Positions 30,087 through 39,698 are shown, counted from the stretch's first letter. The stretch: DNA of 64,000 nt from an uncultured delta proteobacterium (GCA_963808235.1 CAWEEQ010000001.1:192001-256000), one strand, 5' to 3'. Notes: generated from the letters alone by a model not told the origin. Numbers and translations: made by a program.

Positions 30087-30497
30087 TCAGGCGGTGCGCG
30101 GCTCGAGCACCATCTGAGTCTGCGTTACGATCGCAATCAGGCGACCGTTTTCGGCCGTGATGCGAGTCTGCCAGACCATCGTGCGCTTGCCGCGATGCAC
30201 CGCGGTGCACTCCCCGATCACCTTGGTGCCGACGGCCGCTGGTGCGAGAAAGTTTGTCTTTGATTCGATCGTGGTCGTGCCCGCCCCTTGCGGCAGATTG
30301 AGCACGGTTCCGCACGCGCCCAAGGTGTCGGCGAACGCCATGATCGCTCCGCCGTGAAGAACCGCGGGCCGGGTGCATAGATCCTCGCGGACTACGACTT
30401 CCGCCTTGACGCATTCCGGCGTCGCGCTCAGGAATTTGACTCCGAGTACTTGTGCGAACGGCGGCTTCGACTCTTCGAGCATTGAAACGTTACTCAT
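30087..30497 (-). CDS. PaaI-family hotdog thioesterase
   Basis: LHGGAIMAFADTLG, TTIESKTNF. Confidence 0.9.
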   Translation of the reverse strand: MSNVSMLEESKPPFAQVLGVKFLSATPECVKAEVVVREDLCTRPAVLHGGAIMAFADTLGACGTVLNLPQGAGTTTIESKTNFLAPAAVGTKVIGECTAVHRGKRTMVWQTRITAENGRLIAIVTQTQMVLEPRTA

Positions 30498-30527
30498 TGA
30501 AAACTCCTCTGGAAACCGCGAGCCAGC

Positions 30528-32975
30528 TCAGCACGGATTGAGATGCCAGATTTCGCGAGCATACTCAGTAACCGCGCGGTCGCTGGAAAACATTCCGATG
30601 CGTGCGACATTAAGTATAGCCTTGCGAGCCCACACGTCGGAATGTTGGTACTCAGTCGAAACCTCAGTCTGGGCGCCTATATAGGAACCGAAATCAGCCA
30701 GCAGGAAATAGTCATCGCGATTCAGAAGGGTATCGCGGACCCACCGGAAGAGGCCAGGCTCGCCCGGGCAGAAGCGGTCTGACGCCAACTCGTCGAGCAC
30801 TCTTTTCAGGCGCGGGTCCGCCTCGTAGTAGTCGCGAGGCCGGTAGCTGCCCTTCACGGTGAGTTCCTCGATCTCGGGCGCGGTCAGGCCAAAGATGAAC
30901 ATATTCTCGGCGCCGACTGCGTCGCGAATCTCGATGTTGGCGCCGTCGAGGGTGCCCAGGGTCAGCGCGCCGTTCATCGCGAACTTCATGTTGCCGGTGC
31001 CCGACGCCTCCCGGCCGGCGGTGGAGATTTGTTCAGACACGTCGGCGGCGGGAATAATTTTCTCCGCGAGCGAGACCCGGTAGTCGGGCATGAAGGCGAC
31101 CTTGATCAACTCGCGCGTCTTGGGGTCATTGTTAATCACGTCGCTGAGACTGTTGATTAACTTGATCAGCATTTTCGCCGCCCAGTAGCCGGGCGCCGCC
31201 TTGCCCGCCACGATGTACGTGTGCGGCACCGGCGGCTCGACGCCGTCATCGACGAGCTGCAGGTACCGGTGCACGATCCCCAACGCCATCAGCAGTTGCC
31301 GCTTGTATTCGTGGATCCGTTTCGCCTGAATGTCGAACATCGCGGCGGGATCGACGTCGACCCCGGCGAGCTTGTTGACGATTCGCGCGAGTCTCTCCTT
31401 GTTCGCGCGTTTGATCGCGGTGAAGCGGCGTTGGAACTCGGAATCTCCGGCGAACTTCTCAACTCCGTTCAGTTGCGCGAGATCGGTCGCCCATCCGGCC
31501 CCGATGGTTGCGTCGAGCAAACTCGCGAGCCCGGGATTCGCCATCAACAGCCATCGCCGCTGGGTCACGCCGTTGGTCTTGTTGCTGAAACGCTCCGGCC
31601 ACAGCTGGTAGAACTCGGGAACCAGCCGCGTTTTCACGAGTTCGCTATGAAGCTTCGAGACACCGTTGACCGAATGGCTGCCGACGATCGCCAGATGCGC
31701 CATCCGCACCTGGCTCTCGTAGCCCTCCTGTATGATCGAGACCCGCTTGAGGCGTTCCGGATCGTCGCGCCAAACCAGGGCCGCGTCGGCGAGAAAGCGC
31801 CGATTGATCTCATAGATGAGCTGAAGATGGCGCGGAACGACGCGCTCCAGCAGGCCGACCGGCCATCGTTCCAGCGCCTCCGGTAATAGGGTGTGATTAG
31901 TATATGCGACCGTGGCGCGCGTGATGTCCCATGCCGTCGCCCACGGCAGGTCATAGTCATCGATGAATACGCGCATCAACTCCGCAATAGTCAGTGCAGG
32001 ATGCGTGTCGTTGAGCTGAATAGCCACTTTCGATGAAAAATCGTACAAGTCTTCTCCGCGCGCGACGAATCCAAGCACGATGTCGTGGACCGCACACGCG
32101 ACGAAGAAATATTCCTGAAGCAGGCGAAGTTCGCGGCCGGCCGCGACCGCGTCGGAAGGATAGAGGACTTTCGAGATGGTCTCGGAGAGCATCTTCTGCT
32201 CGACCGCTTTCATGTAATCGCCGGCGTTAAAGATCTGCATGTCGAATTCGTCGGATGAGCCGGCGGAATAAAGGCGGACGAAGTTGACGGTGTGGCCGCC
32301 GAAGCCCGCGATCGGCAAATCATAAGGCACGCCGATCAGGACGCTCTTGTCGACCCAGCTCGGATTGTACTCGCCCTTGCGATCGATGCGGTGCTCGATT
32401 CGCCCGTAGACCGGAATCCGGCACGACTCATCGGGACGCGCCACCAGCCACGGCGAGATCTCGCGCTGCCACGCATCGGGGCGCTCGACCTGGTAGCCGT
32501 TGCGAATTTCCTGGCGGAAGAGACCGTACTCGTAGTTGATTCCGTAGGCGTAACCCGGCAGATCGAGGGTCGCCAACGAATCGAGGAAACACGCGGCGAG
32601 CCGGCCCAGGCCGCCGTTGCCGAGCGCGGCGTCGGGCTCTTCATCGAATAAAATCTGCAGGTCGATTCCGTTTTCGGCGAGAAAATCGCGGCAAGTGTCG
32701 ATGATGCCCAGGTTAAACAGATTATTTTCGAGCGAGCGACCGATCAGAAATTCCAGCGACAGGTAGTAGAGCTTCTTCGCGTTGGTTCGCTCGAAGCGCG
32801 CGCGCGTCGCGAGCATCTTTTCGATCAGCATGTCGCGGACCACCAGCGCGGTGGCGCGATACCAATCATGCTTCGACAACTGGATCCGCCGCTTTGCGAG
32901 CGAGAAGCGGATGTGATGGTCGATCAGCGTATTGAACAGGTTGCGATTATTTTCAGAGAGTGGCGGAACAGCCAT
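30528..32975 (-). CDS. glgP: Glycogen/maltodextrin phosphorylase
   Basis: LGNGGLGRLAACF, LNDTHP, YTNHT, NKTNGVT, KRIHEYKRQ, EASGTGNMK (PLP Lys). Confidence 0.98.
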   Translation of the reverse strand: MAVPPLSENNRNLFNTLIDHHIRFSLAKRRIQLSKHDWYRATALVVRDMLIEKMLATRARFERTNAKKLYYLSLEFLIGRSLENNLFNLGIIDTCRDFLAENGIDLQILFDEEPDAALGNGGLGRLAACFLDSLATLDLPGYAYGINYEYGLFRQEIRNGYQVERPDAWQREISPWLVARPDESCRIPVYGRIEHRIDRKGEYNPSWVDKSVLIGVPYDLPIAGFGGHTVNFVRLYSAGSSDEFDMQIFNAGDYMKAVEQKMLSETISKVLYPSDAVAAGRELRLLQEYFFVACAVHDIVLGFVARGEDLYDFSSKVAIQLNDTHPALTIAELMRVFIDDYDLPWATAWDITRATVAYTNHTLLPEALERWPVGLLERVVPRHLQLIYEINRRFLADAALVWRDDPERLKRVSIIQEGYESQVRMAHLAIVGSHSVNGVSKLHSELVKTRLVPEFYQLWPERFSNKTNGVTQRRWLLMANPGLASLLDATIGAGWATDLAQLNGVEKFAGDSEFQRRFTAIKRANKERLARIVNKLAGVDVDPAAMFDIQAKRIHEYKRQLLMALGIVHRYLQLVDDGVEPPVPHTYIVAGKAAPGYWAAKMLIKLINSLSDVINNDPKTRELIKVAFMPDYRVSLAEKIIPAADVSEQISTAGREASGTGNMKFAMNGALTLGTLDGANIEIRDAVGAENMFIFGLTAPEIEELTVKGSYRPRDYYEADPRLKRVLDELASDRFCPGEPGLFRWVRDTLLNRDDYFLLADFGSYIGAQTEVSTEYQHSDVWARKAILNVARIGMFSSDRAVTEYAREIWHLNPC

Positions 32976-33060
32976 TCTTGCCTAGTCCTTCAAGTCCTCG
33001 CCCGCGTTTGGGCGAACTTCTATCATGTCGATTTGCGGCACCTGTCGCCACAAGGCGAGT

Positions 33061-33822
33061 CTAGGCGGCAACACGATCGAGGAACGCGCGAACGGCGGCG
33101 TTGAAGGCGGCCGGCTGGTCAATGTTGGCGGCGTGGCCGGCCCGCTCGAGAATTATTTTCTCGGCGCCGGGAATTTTGGCCGCCATGTAATCCGCCGACG
33201 GTCGAAACTGTTTGTCGTTTTCGCCGACAATCACCAGCGTGGGCACTCTGATTTCAGGCAACGACTCGATCACACTGCCGTCCTTCTGCGCGAGCATACC
33301 GCGCGCCGCGTGCGCGAGACCGGCCGCGCTGCGATGCTGCGCGATAGTCACTTCAGCGCTCGCACCCGCCGCGGCGAGGCCTTTCTTTTCGTAGGCGTGC
33401 GCCATGCTGTCCGCGATGCGATTCCATGCTTCGCGTCCGTCGTCTTTCTTGTAGCCCGGGCCCGTGTCGAACAGCATCAGCGCGGCCGTTCGATCGCGAT
33501 GCGCCAAATGAAACGCGAGCGACATGAACCCGCCGAGCGAGAGACCGCCGATGACCGCACTCTTCACGTTGCATGCGTCGAGCACCGCGGCCATGTCGCC
33601 GACGGTCAGTTCGTGCGAGTAGAGCGCGGGATCGTCCGGCGAATCGGAGCGGTCGTGACCGCGCATGTCCCAACCGATCACGTGATAGAAATCGGAGAGC
33701 GCGGCGAACTGGCCACTCCACATTCGAGCGCTGGCGCTGTAGCCATGCGAAAGCAACACGGCCGGCCCGCTCCCATGCTCTTCGTAGTAGATGCGCACCG
33801 AATCGCGATCGAGGTAAGGCAT
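33061..33822 (-). CDS. Alpha/beta hydrolase
   Basis: LSHG, WDMRGH, GLSLGG, VGEND, AGHAAN. Confidence 0.9.
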   Translation of the reverse strand: MPYLDRDSVRIYYEEHGSGPAVLLSHGYSASARMWSGQFAALSDFYHVIGWDMRGHDRSDSPDDPALYSHELTVGDMAAVLDACNVKSAVIGGLSLGGFMSLAFHLAHRDRTAALMLFDTGPGYKKDDGREAWNRIADSMAHAYEKKGLAAAGASAEVTIAQHRSAAGLAHAARGMLAQKDGSVIESLPEIRVPTLVIVGENDKQFRPSADYMAAKIPGAEKIILERAGHAANIDQPAAFNAAVRAFLDRVAA

Positions 33823-33929
33823 ATTCAGCTAGTCTCCAAAGTCCCGCGAGATTTCGTCATGATCATCAGCGCGGAAAGTTAAACAATTAAACAATACCGT
33901 TGCGCGCGCGGTTGCAGGAGAGATTCGAC

Positions 33930-34163
33930 ATGTCTCTATCGGAAGTCGCTGGATCGATCGGAGTCGCGACGCTGCTGATCGCGTTCTTCCTGAACCTGTT
34001 CGGGTTGCTGGCCTCCGATTCGCGCGTTTACCAATTCATGAACGCAGTCGGCGCCGGAATTTCCTGTTACGCGTCGTACCTGATCGGATTTGCGCCGTTC
34101 GTCGTGCTCGAGGCCACCTGGTGCGCAGTCGCCGTATTCGCAATCGTTCGCAGCCGCAGGTAG
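33930..34163 (+). CDS. CBU_0592-like small membrane protein
   Basis: Three TM segments, G..G...LL.AF, YQ..N..GA, FVVLE..W; AGGAG RBS. Confidence 0.75.
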   Translation: MSLSEVAGSIGVATLLIAFFLNLFGLLASDSRVYQFMNAVGAGISCYASYLIGFAPFVVLEATWCAVAVFAIVRSRR

Positions 34164-34170
34164 CAGTTAA

Positions 34171-34206
34171 AGCGGGAGCATCGACGACGATGCCCCCGCT
34201 CTTTTT
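34171..34206 (+). terminator. Rho-independent terminator between convergent genes
   Basis: AGCGGGAGCATCG-acga-CGATGCCCCCGCT followed by CTTTTT. Confidence 0.7.
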
Positions 34207-34225
34207 GCAATCGCCAAAATAGATT

Positions 34226-34873
34226 CTAGCGGCCGCCGCGCTGCATCGCGGCCAGCGCCTCGGCCATCTCGCCGAGCCCCTTCTTCACCGAAGGACGCGT
34301 CTGCACGTTGCGCCACCACGCGCCGAGACGGGGACGTCCCTCGAGCGGCTGTAGGCCGAAGGCCGGCATCAGGTTGGTCGCGAAGAACGTCGTCGGCGCG
34401 AGTGCGCAATCGGCCAGCGTGAAGTCGTTGCCGCATGCATAGCCGCCGTCCGCGAGCATCTTTTCGAGTTGATCGAGCCGGTTCTTGAAGTCGCCCACCT
34501 TCTCTTCGACAACTTTTGCGTCGCGAGTCTTCGGATTCATCTGTCCGAACAGCGCTCGCAGCGGCGGCTCGAGATAAAGGTCGTGGAAGCGGGTCAGGAT
34601 TCGCACTTTCGCCCGCCCCTCCGGGCTTTTCGGAATCAGCGCCGGAGTCGGGAATTTGTCTTCGAGGTATTCGTTGATCACTTCGGATTCGGGAATCAGC
34701 AGCCCGTCCGCATCGAGCGCAGGAGTCTTGCCGAGCAGATTCACTTTCGCATATTCGGCGGATTTGAGATCGCCGCCCGGAATCGGCGCAATCTCGACGT
34801 TGATACCCTTCTCGTAAATTACGAGCCGCGATTTGGTCGCGAAGTTGGAGAGATTCAAATTGTAGAGCTTCAT
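34226..34873 (-). CDS. Glutathione S-transferase family protein
   Basis: GKTPAL, PESEVINEYLE, FTLADC, RPSV. Confidence 0.92.
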   Translation of the reverse strand: MKLYNLNLSNFATKSRLVIYEKGINVEIAPIPGGDLKSAEYAKVNLLGKTPALDADGLLIPESEVINEYLEDKFPTPALIPKSPEGRAKVRILTRFHDLYLEPPLRALFGQMNPKTRDAKVVEEKVGDFKNRLDQLEKMLADGGYACGNDFTLADCALAPTTFFATNLMPAFGLQPLEGRPRLGAWWRNVQTRPSVKKGLGEMAEALAAMQRGGR

Positions 34874-34961
34874 TTCATCGTCCTCACTTTGCGGGATTCA
34901 AATCCGCTTATCGCAGACGCATGCGCACCGCGCAAGCATTCTTTTGTGCGAGCGCGTTTGA

Positions 34962-35981
34962 CTAACGTCCGCCTTCTTCCTGCTTGATTACGAAGATCAG
35001 CGACTCGGCGAAATCGTCGGGATGCTCTAGTTGGGGATAGGGACCCGAAGTTTTGAACGTAACGGTGGCGGAGCCGGGCAGCGCGGCATGCACCGCTTCG
35101 CCCTCGGCGGTTCCGAAGTAAGGATTTTTCGCGCCCCACATTATGATCGTGAGGGTGTTGAAGATCTGTCCGATCTTCGAGCGGATATGCGCTTCGTCGC
35201 GCGGCACTGAGTTGAGCATGTCGGTCTCGGCGGGAAGGTCGCTGGCCAACTCCGCGATCATGCGTTGGTAAATGAATTCTGGCATCGGCGGCAGGTCGAA
35301 AAAACTCGCCTCGACTTGCGCGCGGATCGCTTCCGCGTCGGTCGGTAGCATTCCCTTGCGCAGCTTCTCGGCGCCGCGCGCGCCGACCAGTCCGCCCGAG
35401 ATAAGCACCAGGCGTTCGACTTTGTCGGGATGCTCAACGGCGTAGTAAAGCGCGACGTCGGCGCCGAGATCGTTGCCGATCAGGTTCACGTGATCGATTT
35501 TCATCTGGTCGATCATCTCGGCGATCGCCTCGGCCTGGTACGCGATCGTGTACTGCACCTGCTTGTGATCTGACGAAGCGAAGCCGGGCAGGTTCGGCGC
35601 GATCACCTTGTAATGCGCGTCGGCGACCGGCGGCATGATGCCGCGCCAGACCAGCGCCGCGTTGGGGCCGAGCCCGTGAATCATCACCACCGGTTCCTGG
35701 CCCGAGTAGCCGCCGGTGATGAGGTAAGTGATGAGCCCGTCCTTCAGCGCGAGATCGTTTTGCGCCACCCCCGACCATCCCAGCCGCGTCTGCTGAACAA
35801 ACCTGAGAACATAAAGAGGCCGCGTATACATCGCGGCTCCGAAGATTCCGAGAAACACGGCGGCGATCGGACCCGCGATATTTATCCAGGTGTGCCGGCG
35901 GACCTGCGGCGCCAGATTCTCAGCGCGGATGTCGGCCTCGGTCGGCGTCCGCTGAGTTTCAGATTTAATTGGATCAGCCAC
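34962..35981 (-). CDS. Membrane-anchored alpha/beta-hydrolase-fold protein with non-canonical active site
   Basis: N-terminal TM, MIHGLG, NLPGF, GNDLG at the nucleophile elbow, GPYPQ in place of GHxP. Confidence 0.8.
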   Translation of the reverse strand: MADPIKSETQRTPTEADIRAENLAPQVRRHTWINIAGPIAAVFLGIFGAAMYTRPLYVLRFVQQTRLGWSGVAQNDLALKDGLITYLITGGYSGQEPVVMIHGLGPNAALVWRGIMPPVADAHYKVIAPNLPGFASSDHKQVQYTIAYQAEAIAEMIDQMKIDHVNLIGNDLGADVALYYAVEHPDKVERLVLISGGLVGARGAEKLRKGMLPTDAEAIRAQVEASFFDLPPMPEFIYQRMIAELASDLPAETDMLNSVPRDEAHIRSKIGQIFNTLTIIMWGAKNPYFGTAEGEAVHAALPGSATVTFKTSGPYPQLEHPDDFAESLIFVIKQEEGGR

Positions 35982-36008
35982 TGCGTTGGGATTGCTGCGA
36001 TTGCTGCG

Positions 36009-36452
36009 CTACTTCGGCGCGTCCCCGGCCGCGGCACCGGGTGATGTCGAGGGTTCCGCGGCCGGCGTGCTGGCCGGCGATGCGGCCGCTGCGCGCCGCG
36101 CCGCTTTCGTCACGTGCGAGAGGCGGCGTCCGTGGGTTGCGGCTTCTCGGTCGCGCTGCATTTCATCGAGATGGTCGGCGACCCGATTGATTTCCGCGGT
36201 CGCGTCCTCGACCGCCTTGGTGGCGCGGTTGGCGGCCTCGGTCGCTTTGTTCGCCGCGTCGACCGCTTGTGCCGCGGCTTGTTCAGCACGCGTTGCCGAC
36301 TGCTCCGCTCGCATCGCGGCAGCTTCGGCCTGCTGAGCCTGCTGCTCGTCATGCGATGCGCATCCGGCGATAGCTATCGCGAGCACCATAATCGGCAAAA
36401 CAAAACTGACCAGCGACGCGGAAGAAAGTTTGCGCATAGATGACGAGCTCAT
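36009..36452 (-). CDS. Alanine-zipper coiled-coil lipoprotein (Lpp/OprI-like)
   Basis: Lipobox IAGC, Ala-rich heptads AEAAAMRAEQSATRAEQAAAQA, C-terminal Lys. Alternative start at 36437. Confidence 0.7.
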   Translation of the reverse strand: MSSSSMRKLSSASLVSFVLPIMVLAIAIAGCASHDEQQAQQAEAAAMRAEQSATRAEQAAAQAVDAANKATEAANRATKAVEDATAEINRVADHLDEMQRDREAATHGRRLSHVTKAARRAAAASPASTPAAEPSTSPGAAAGDAPK

Positions 36453-37324
36453 CGCGGAGCGAACGCCTCTATCGCGCGAAGATCAGGAAGCGGCGCGCTG
36501 TCCGAGCGCAACGGCAGGAAACACACGTGCGACGCTCCGGCCTTCAGATGCGCTTGGATGCGATCGCGAATCTTATCCTCGCTGCCCCACGCCACGATCG
36601 CATCGACCAGTCGATCGGAGCATCCATTTTCGAATTCCGCATCGGCCCATCCGAGCGCCTTCAAATTCGTGGTGTAGTTGGGCAGGCGCGGAACATAGGT
36701 CTTCATATATTCGCGCGCAGCGGTGCGAGCCTTGGCCGCATCGGTTTCGAGGATGACGGCTTGCGCCGCGCACAGCATCGCAGTCGGTCCGATTTGCGCG
36801 CGCGCCTTGGCAGTATGCTCAGGCGGAACGAAATAAGTATGCGTGCCGTTCGCTTCGGCCGCCGACAGCGCGAGCATCTTCGGATGCAGCGCGGCGAGCA
36901 CCACCGGCACCGGCTCTTTGGGCATCGGCGCCCGATAGAGCGCGCCCTTCATCTTCGCCAGGTACTCTTTCATGTAAGTGTACGGCTTGTCGTAGTTGTG
37001 GCCGCGCAGACCGGTGACCAGCGGCTGATGGCTGACGCCGATACCGAGCACGAAGCGGCCGCCGGAAAGTTCGGCGACCGTCTTGGACGCCGCGCCCATC
37101 GTCATCGCGTCGCGCGCCCAGATATTTGCGATGCCGGTTGCGATCGAGAGCCGCTCGGTGTGGTCTAGCAGGTAGGCGGCGTGCGCGAAGGGTTCGCGGC
37201 CGACCGCCTCGGGGATCCAGAGCGCGCGGTAGCCGAGCTTTTCGACTTTCTTCGCGAACTCGGCGCTCTCGACGGCGGGCATCGCGTCGAGGAAAAACCA
37301 GATTCCAACTTTTCCAATATCCAT
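36449..37324 (-). CDS. LLM-class, probably F420-dependent, oxidoreductase (TIGR03620-like)
   Basis: LGYRALW, ATGIANIW, GRFVLGIGVSH, LAALHPKML, PEHT..AR, LPNY..N, AGASHV. Confidence 0.88.
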   Translation of the reverse strand: MDIGKVGIWFFLDAMPAVESAEFAKKVEKLGYRALWIPEAVGREPFAHAAYLLDHTERLSIATGIANIWARDAMTMGAASKTVAELSGGRFVLGIGVSHQPLVTGLRGHNYDKPYTYMKEYLAKMKGALYRAPMPKEPVPVVLAALHPKMLALSAAEANGTHTYFVPPEHTAKARAQIGPTAMLCAAQAVILETDAAKARTAAREYMKTYVPRLPNYTTNLKALGWADAEFENGCSDRLVDAIVAWGSEDKIRDRIQAHLKAGASHVCFLPLRSDSAPLPDLRAIEAFAPR

Positions 37325-37347
37325 AACTCAACTAACTAACGCTCTTA

Positions 37348-37381
37348 CGAAATTTGAACAAGCGCGAAATTTGAACAAGCG
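37348..37381. repeat. Perfect 17-bp tandem repeat in a divergent promoter region
   Basis: CGAAATTTGAACAAGCG x2 (37348-37364 and 37365-37381). Confidence 0.9.
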
Positions 37382-37481
37382 AAAGATGCGGGGGCTGCCT
37401 TTTCAATTGCGACAGCGGGGCGATAGATTAGGCGCGAACTATCCAAACGATCGCGCCAACCGATCGCGCACGAGGCAGAAG

Positions 37482-38342
37482 ATGAAACTTGGCTTGATGT
37501 TCGTTAACTCGGGACCGTTCAGCAATCCGGCGCTGCTCGCGCATCTTGCGACTACCGCGGAGCGATGTGGAATCGAATCGATGTGGACCGTCGAGCACGT
37601 CGTGATTCCGCAGGACTACAAGTCGCCGTATCCGTACTCGACGAGCGGCAAAATTCCCGGCGGCGAGGATATCGCGATACCAGATCCGATTCTGCCGCTG
37701 GCGTTTGCAGCGGCGGTGACTAAAACGATCAAGCTCGGCACCGGCGTGCTCATCCTTCCGCAACGGCATCCACTGTACGTCGCCAAGGAGATGGCGACGC
37801 TCGACGTGTTGTCGAACGGGCGCGCGATCCTCGGCATCGGCAGCGGATGGCTCGAGGAAGAGTTCACTTCGCTCGGCCTCGATTTTCACACCCGCGGCGC
37901 GCGGACCGACGAGGCGATCAAATCCTTGCGCGCGTTGTGGAGCGAGGGCGCGTCGACGTTTCACGGCAAGCATTTTAACTTCGGGCCGGTGAAATGTTTT
38001 CCTAAACCGATCCAGAAAAACGGAGTGCCGATTCATGTCGGCGGACATTCGCCGGCGGCGGCAAAGCGCGCGGCGCGTTACGGCGACGGATTTTTTCCGG
38101 CACTCGGCGACATTCCAAAGCTGAAAGAACTGTTCGCGCTGATGAAATCCGAGGCCGAGAAAGTTGGTCGCGATCCAAAGAAGATCGAGTTGTCGTGCAT
38201 AGGCCGTGCGCGAGTGGACGAATTGAAGGCGCTCGAGGATATCGGAGTATCGCGAGTCGTAATCGCGCCGCCCGGCTTCGACGCCGACGGCCTCACGCGC
38301 GGGCTCGAAAAGCTCCATGACGAGGTGATCGCGAAGCTTTAG
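37482..38342 (+). CDS. LLM-class, probably F420-dependent, oxidoreductase (Rv2161c/TIGR03619-like)
   Basis: WTVEHVVIP..Y.SPYPY, LGTGVLILPQRHP..VAKE.ATLD, GSGWLEEEF, GGHSPAA..RAA..GDG. Confidence 0.9.
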   Translation: MKLGLMFVNSGPFSNPALLAHLATTAERCGIESMWTVEHVVIPQDYKSPYPYSTSGKIPGGEDIAIPDPILPLAFAAAVTKTIKLGTGVLILPQRHPLYVAKEMATLDVLSNGRAILGIGSGWLEEEFTSLGLDFHTRGARTDEAIKSLRALWSEGASTFHGKHFNFGPVKCFPKPIQKNGVPIHVGGHSPAAAKRAARYGDGFFPALGDIPKLKELFALMKSEAEKVGRDPKKIELSCIGRARVDELKALEDIGVSRVVIAPPGFDADGLTRGLEKLHDEVIAKL

Positions 38343-38353
38343 GGAGTGATGCC

Positions 38354-39155
38354 GTGAAGGATGAAAGTTCAATCGATCCGTTGATTGTTCGCCACGAGGC
38401 GCCGCTCGGTTGGCTGGTGCTGAACAGGCCGCATGTTCGCAACGCGCTCAATCTCAAGACCTGGCAGCGTATCGCGGAAGGCGTCGCGGAACTGGCGAGC
38501 GATGATGCGGTGCGCGTGATCATAATGCGCGGCGCGACTGCCGAGGCATTTGTCGCCGGCGCGGACATCTCGGAGTTTCCGGCGATGCGCGCCGATGCGG
38601 CGCAGGCGCGCGCGTATCGCGAGGCGCCCAATCGCGCAATCGCGGCGCTCGTCGAGTGCCACAAGCCGGTCATCGCGATGATCTCCGGAGTGTGTATTGG
38701 CGGCGGCGTGCAGGTCGCGCTCGCATGCGACATCCGTATCGCCGCGCGCGGAACTCGGCTCGGCGTTCCGGCGGCACGGCTCGGACTCGCGTATCCCCTT
38801 GAGGGTGTGACCATGCTCGCGCAAACGGTTGGTCCGGCCAACGCTCGTGACATCCTGCTGTCGGCGCGGCTCTTCGACGCGGACGAGGCGATGCAGATGG
38901 GACTGGTCAATCGCGTGGTCGATGCCGAGAAGCTCGAGGAGAACGTCCGCGACTACGCGCTCAAGACGGCCACCAACGCGCCGCTCACGATGGCGGCGGC
39001 GAAGGTTGCGATTCGCGAGAGCCTGCGCGATCGCGAAGAACGCGACGTGAAGACAGTATCGGCGATGGTGGTGCGATGTTTTGATAGCGAGGATTATCGC
39101 AGAAGGGGTGCGGGCGTTCCTGGAAAAGCGACGGCCCGCTTTTACCGGCCGTTGA
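38354..39155 (+). CDS. Enoyl-CoA hydratase/crotonase family protein with a +1 frameshift at about 39101
   Basis: LNRP..RNAL, AFVAGADISEF, KPVIAMISGVCIGGG, CDIR. Removing one base gives the canonical end SEDYREGVRAFLEKRRPAFTGR*. Confidence 0.88.
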
Positions 39156-39589
39156 GCGAGAAGCTCGACCGGAAAGCACGCGCTGCGAAACAGTTTCATC
39201 CAGACAGTTTTCTTGTCGGGCGGTAAATGCGTTAGCGCCGACCATGCTGCTTGACGATCGTCGGCGGGAATCGCCATCGCGGTCATCAAAACCTGGATCG
39301 TAACCGCGACCATCTGCTTGGTCTCCACATTGCCGTTGCTTGCCGCGAATTCATTCACGCGGCCAAGAAAGCCCAAATCGCCGAGGTCGGCGAGTCCGGG
39401 GCGAGAGCCGCGATCCTTGGGCCAGAGCGCGCGCATATCCACGGGGAGCGACGATTCGATCGTGGCGGACTCGCTATCATCCAGCCCGTCGCGCAGCGCA
39501 TGCAGGACGGCGCGGAGGATCTGGTCGGCGCGAGCGGGTGAGCATTGTAGTTTGTCGGCGATTTTTGAAATGAAATCGGGGGTATTCAC
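39094..39589 (-). CDS. DUF2267-like protein; true stop obscured by the same 39101 indel
   Basis: F..KIA..L......A....RAVL.ALRD.L...E......LP.....LW, with a second degenerate copy. Removing the extra base creates TAA at 39096-39094. Confidence 0.65.
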
Positions 39590-39616
39590 AGACTTGGAGT
39601 TGTTGGTGCGACGATA

Positions 39617-39651
39617 CAGTCACGCCTGTTTGCATCAATCACTCCTGTATG
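39617..39651. promoter_or_regulatory. Candidate tandem TetR operators
   Basis: CAGTCACGCCTGTTTG and CAATCACTCCTGTATG (13/16 identical); the first has ACAG-N6-CTGT dyad symmetry; located upstream of tetR. Confidence 0.55.
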
Positions 39652-39698
39652 TTATCTGACAATCTCCATTATTTCAAGAGTCCGGAGGGTCGGAGCGA

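Noticed and set aside
38369-39589. 406-aa minus-strand ORF as a novel fusion or overlapping gene
   Set aside because: Read-through created by the 39101 indel; the C-terminal part is antisense to the crotonase.
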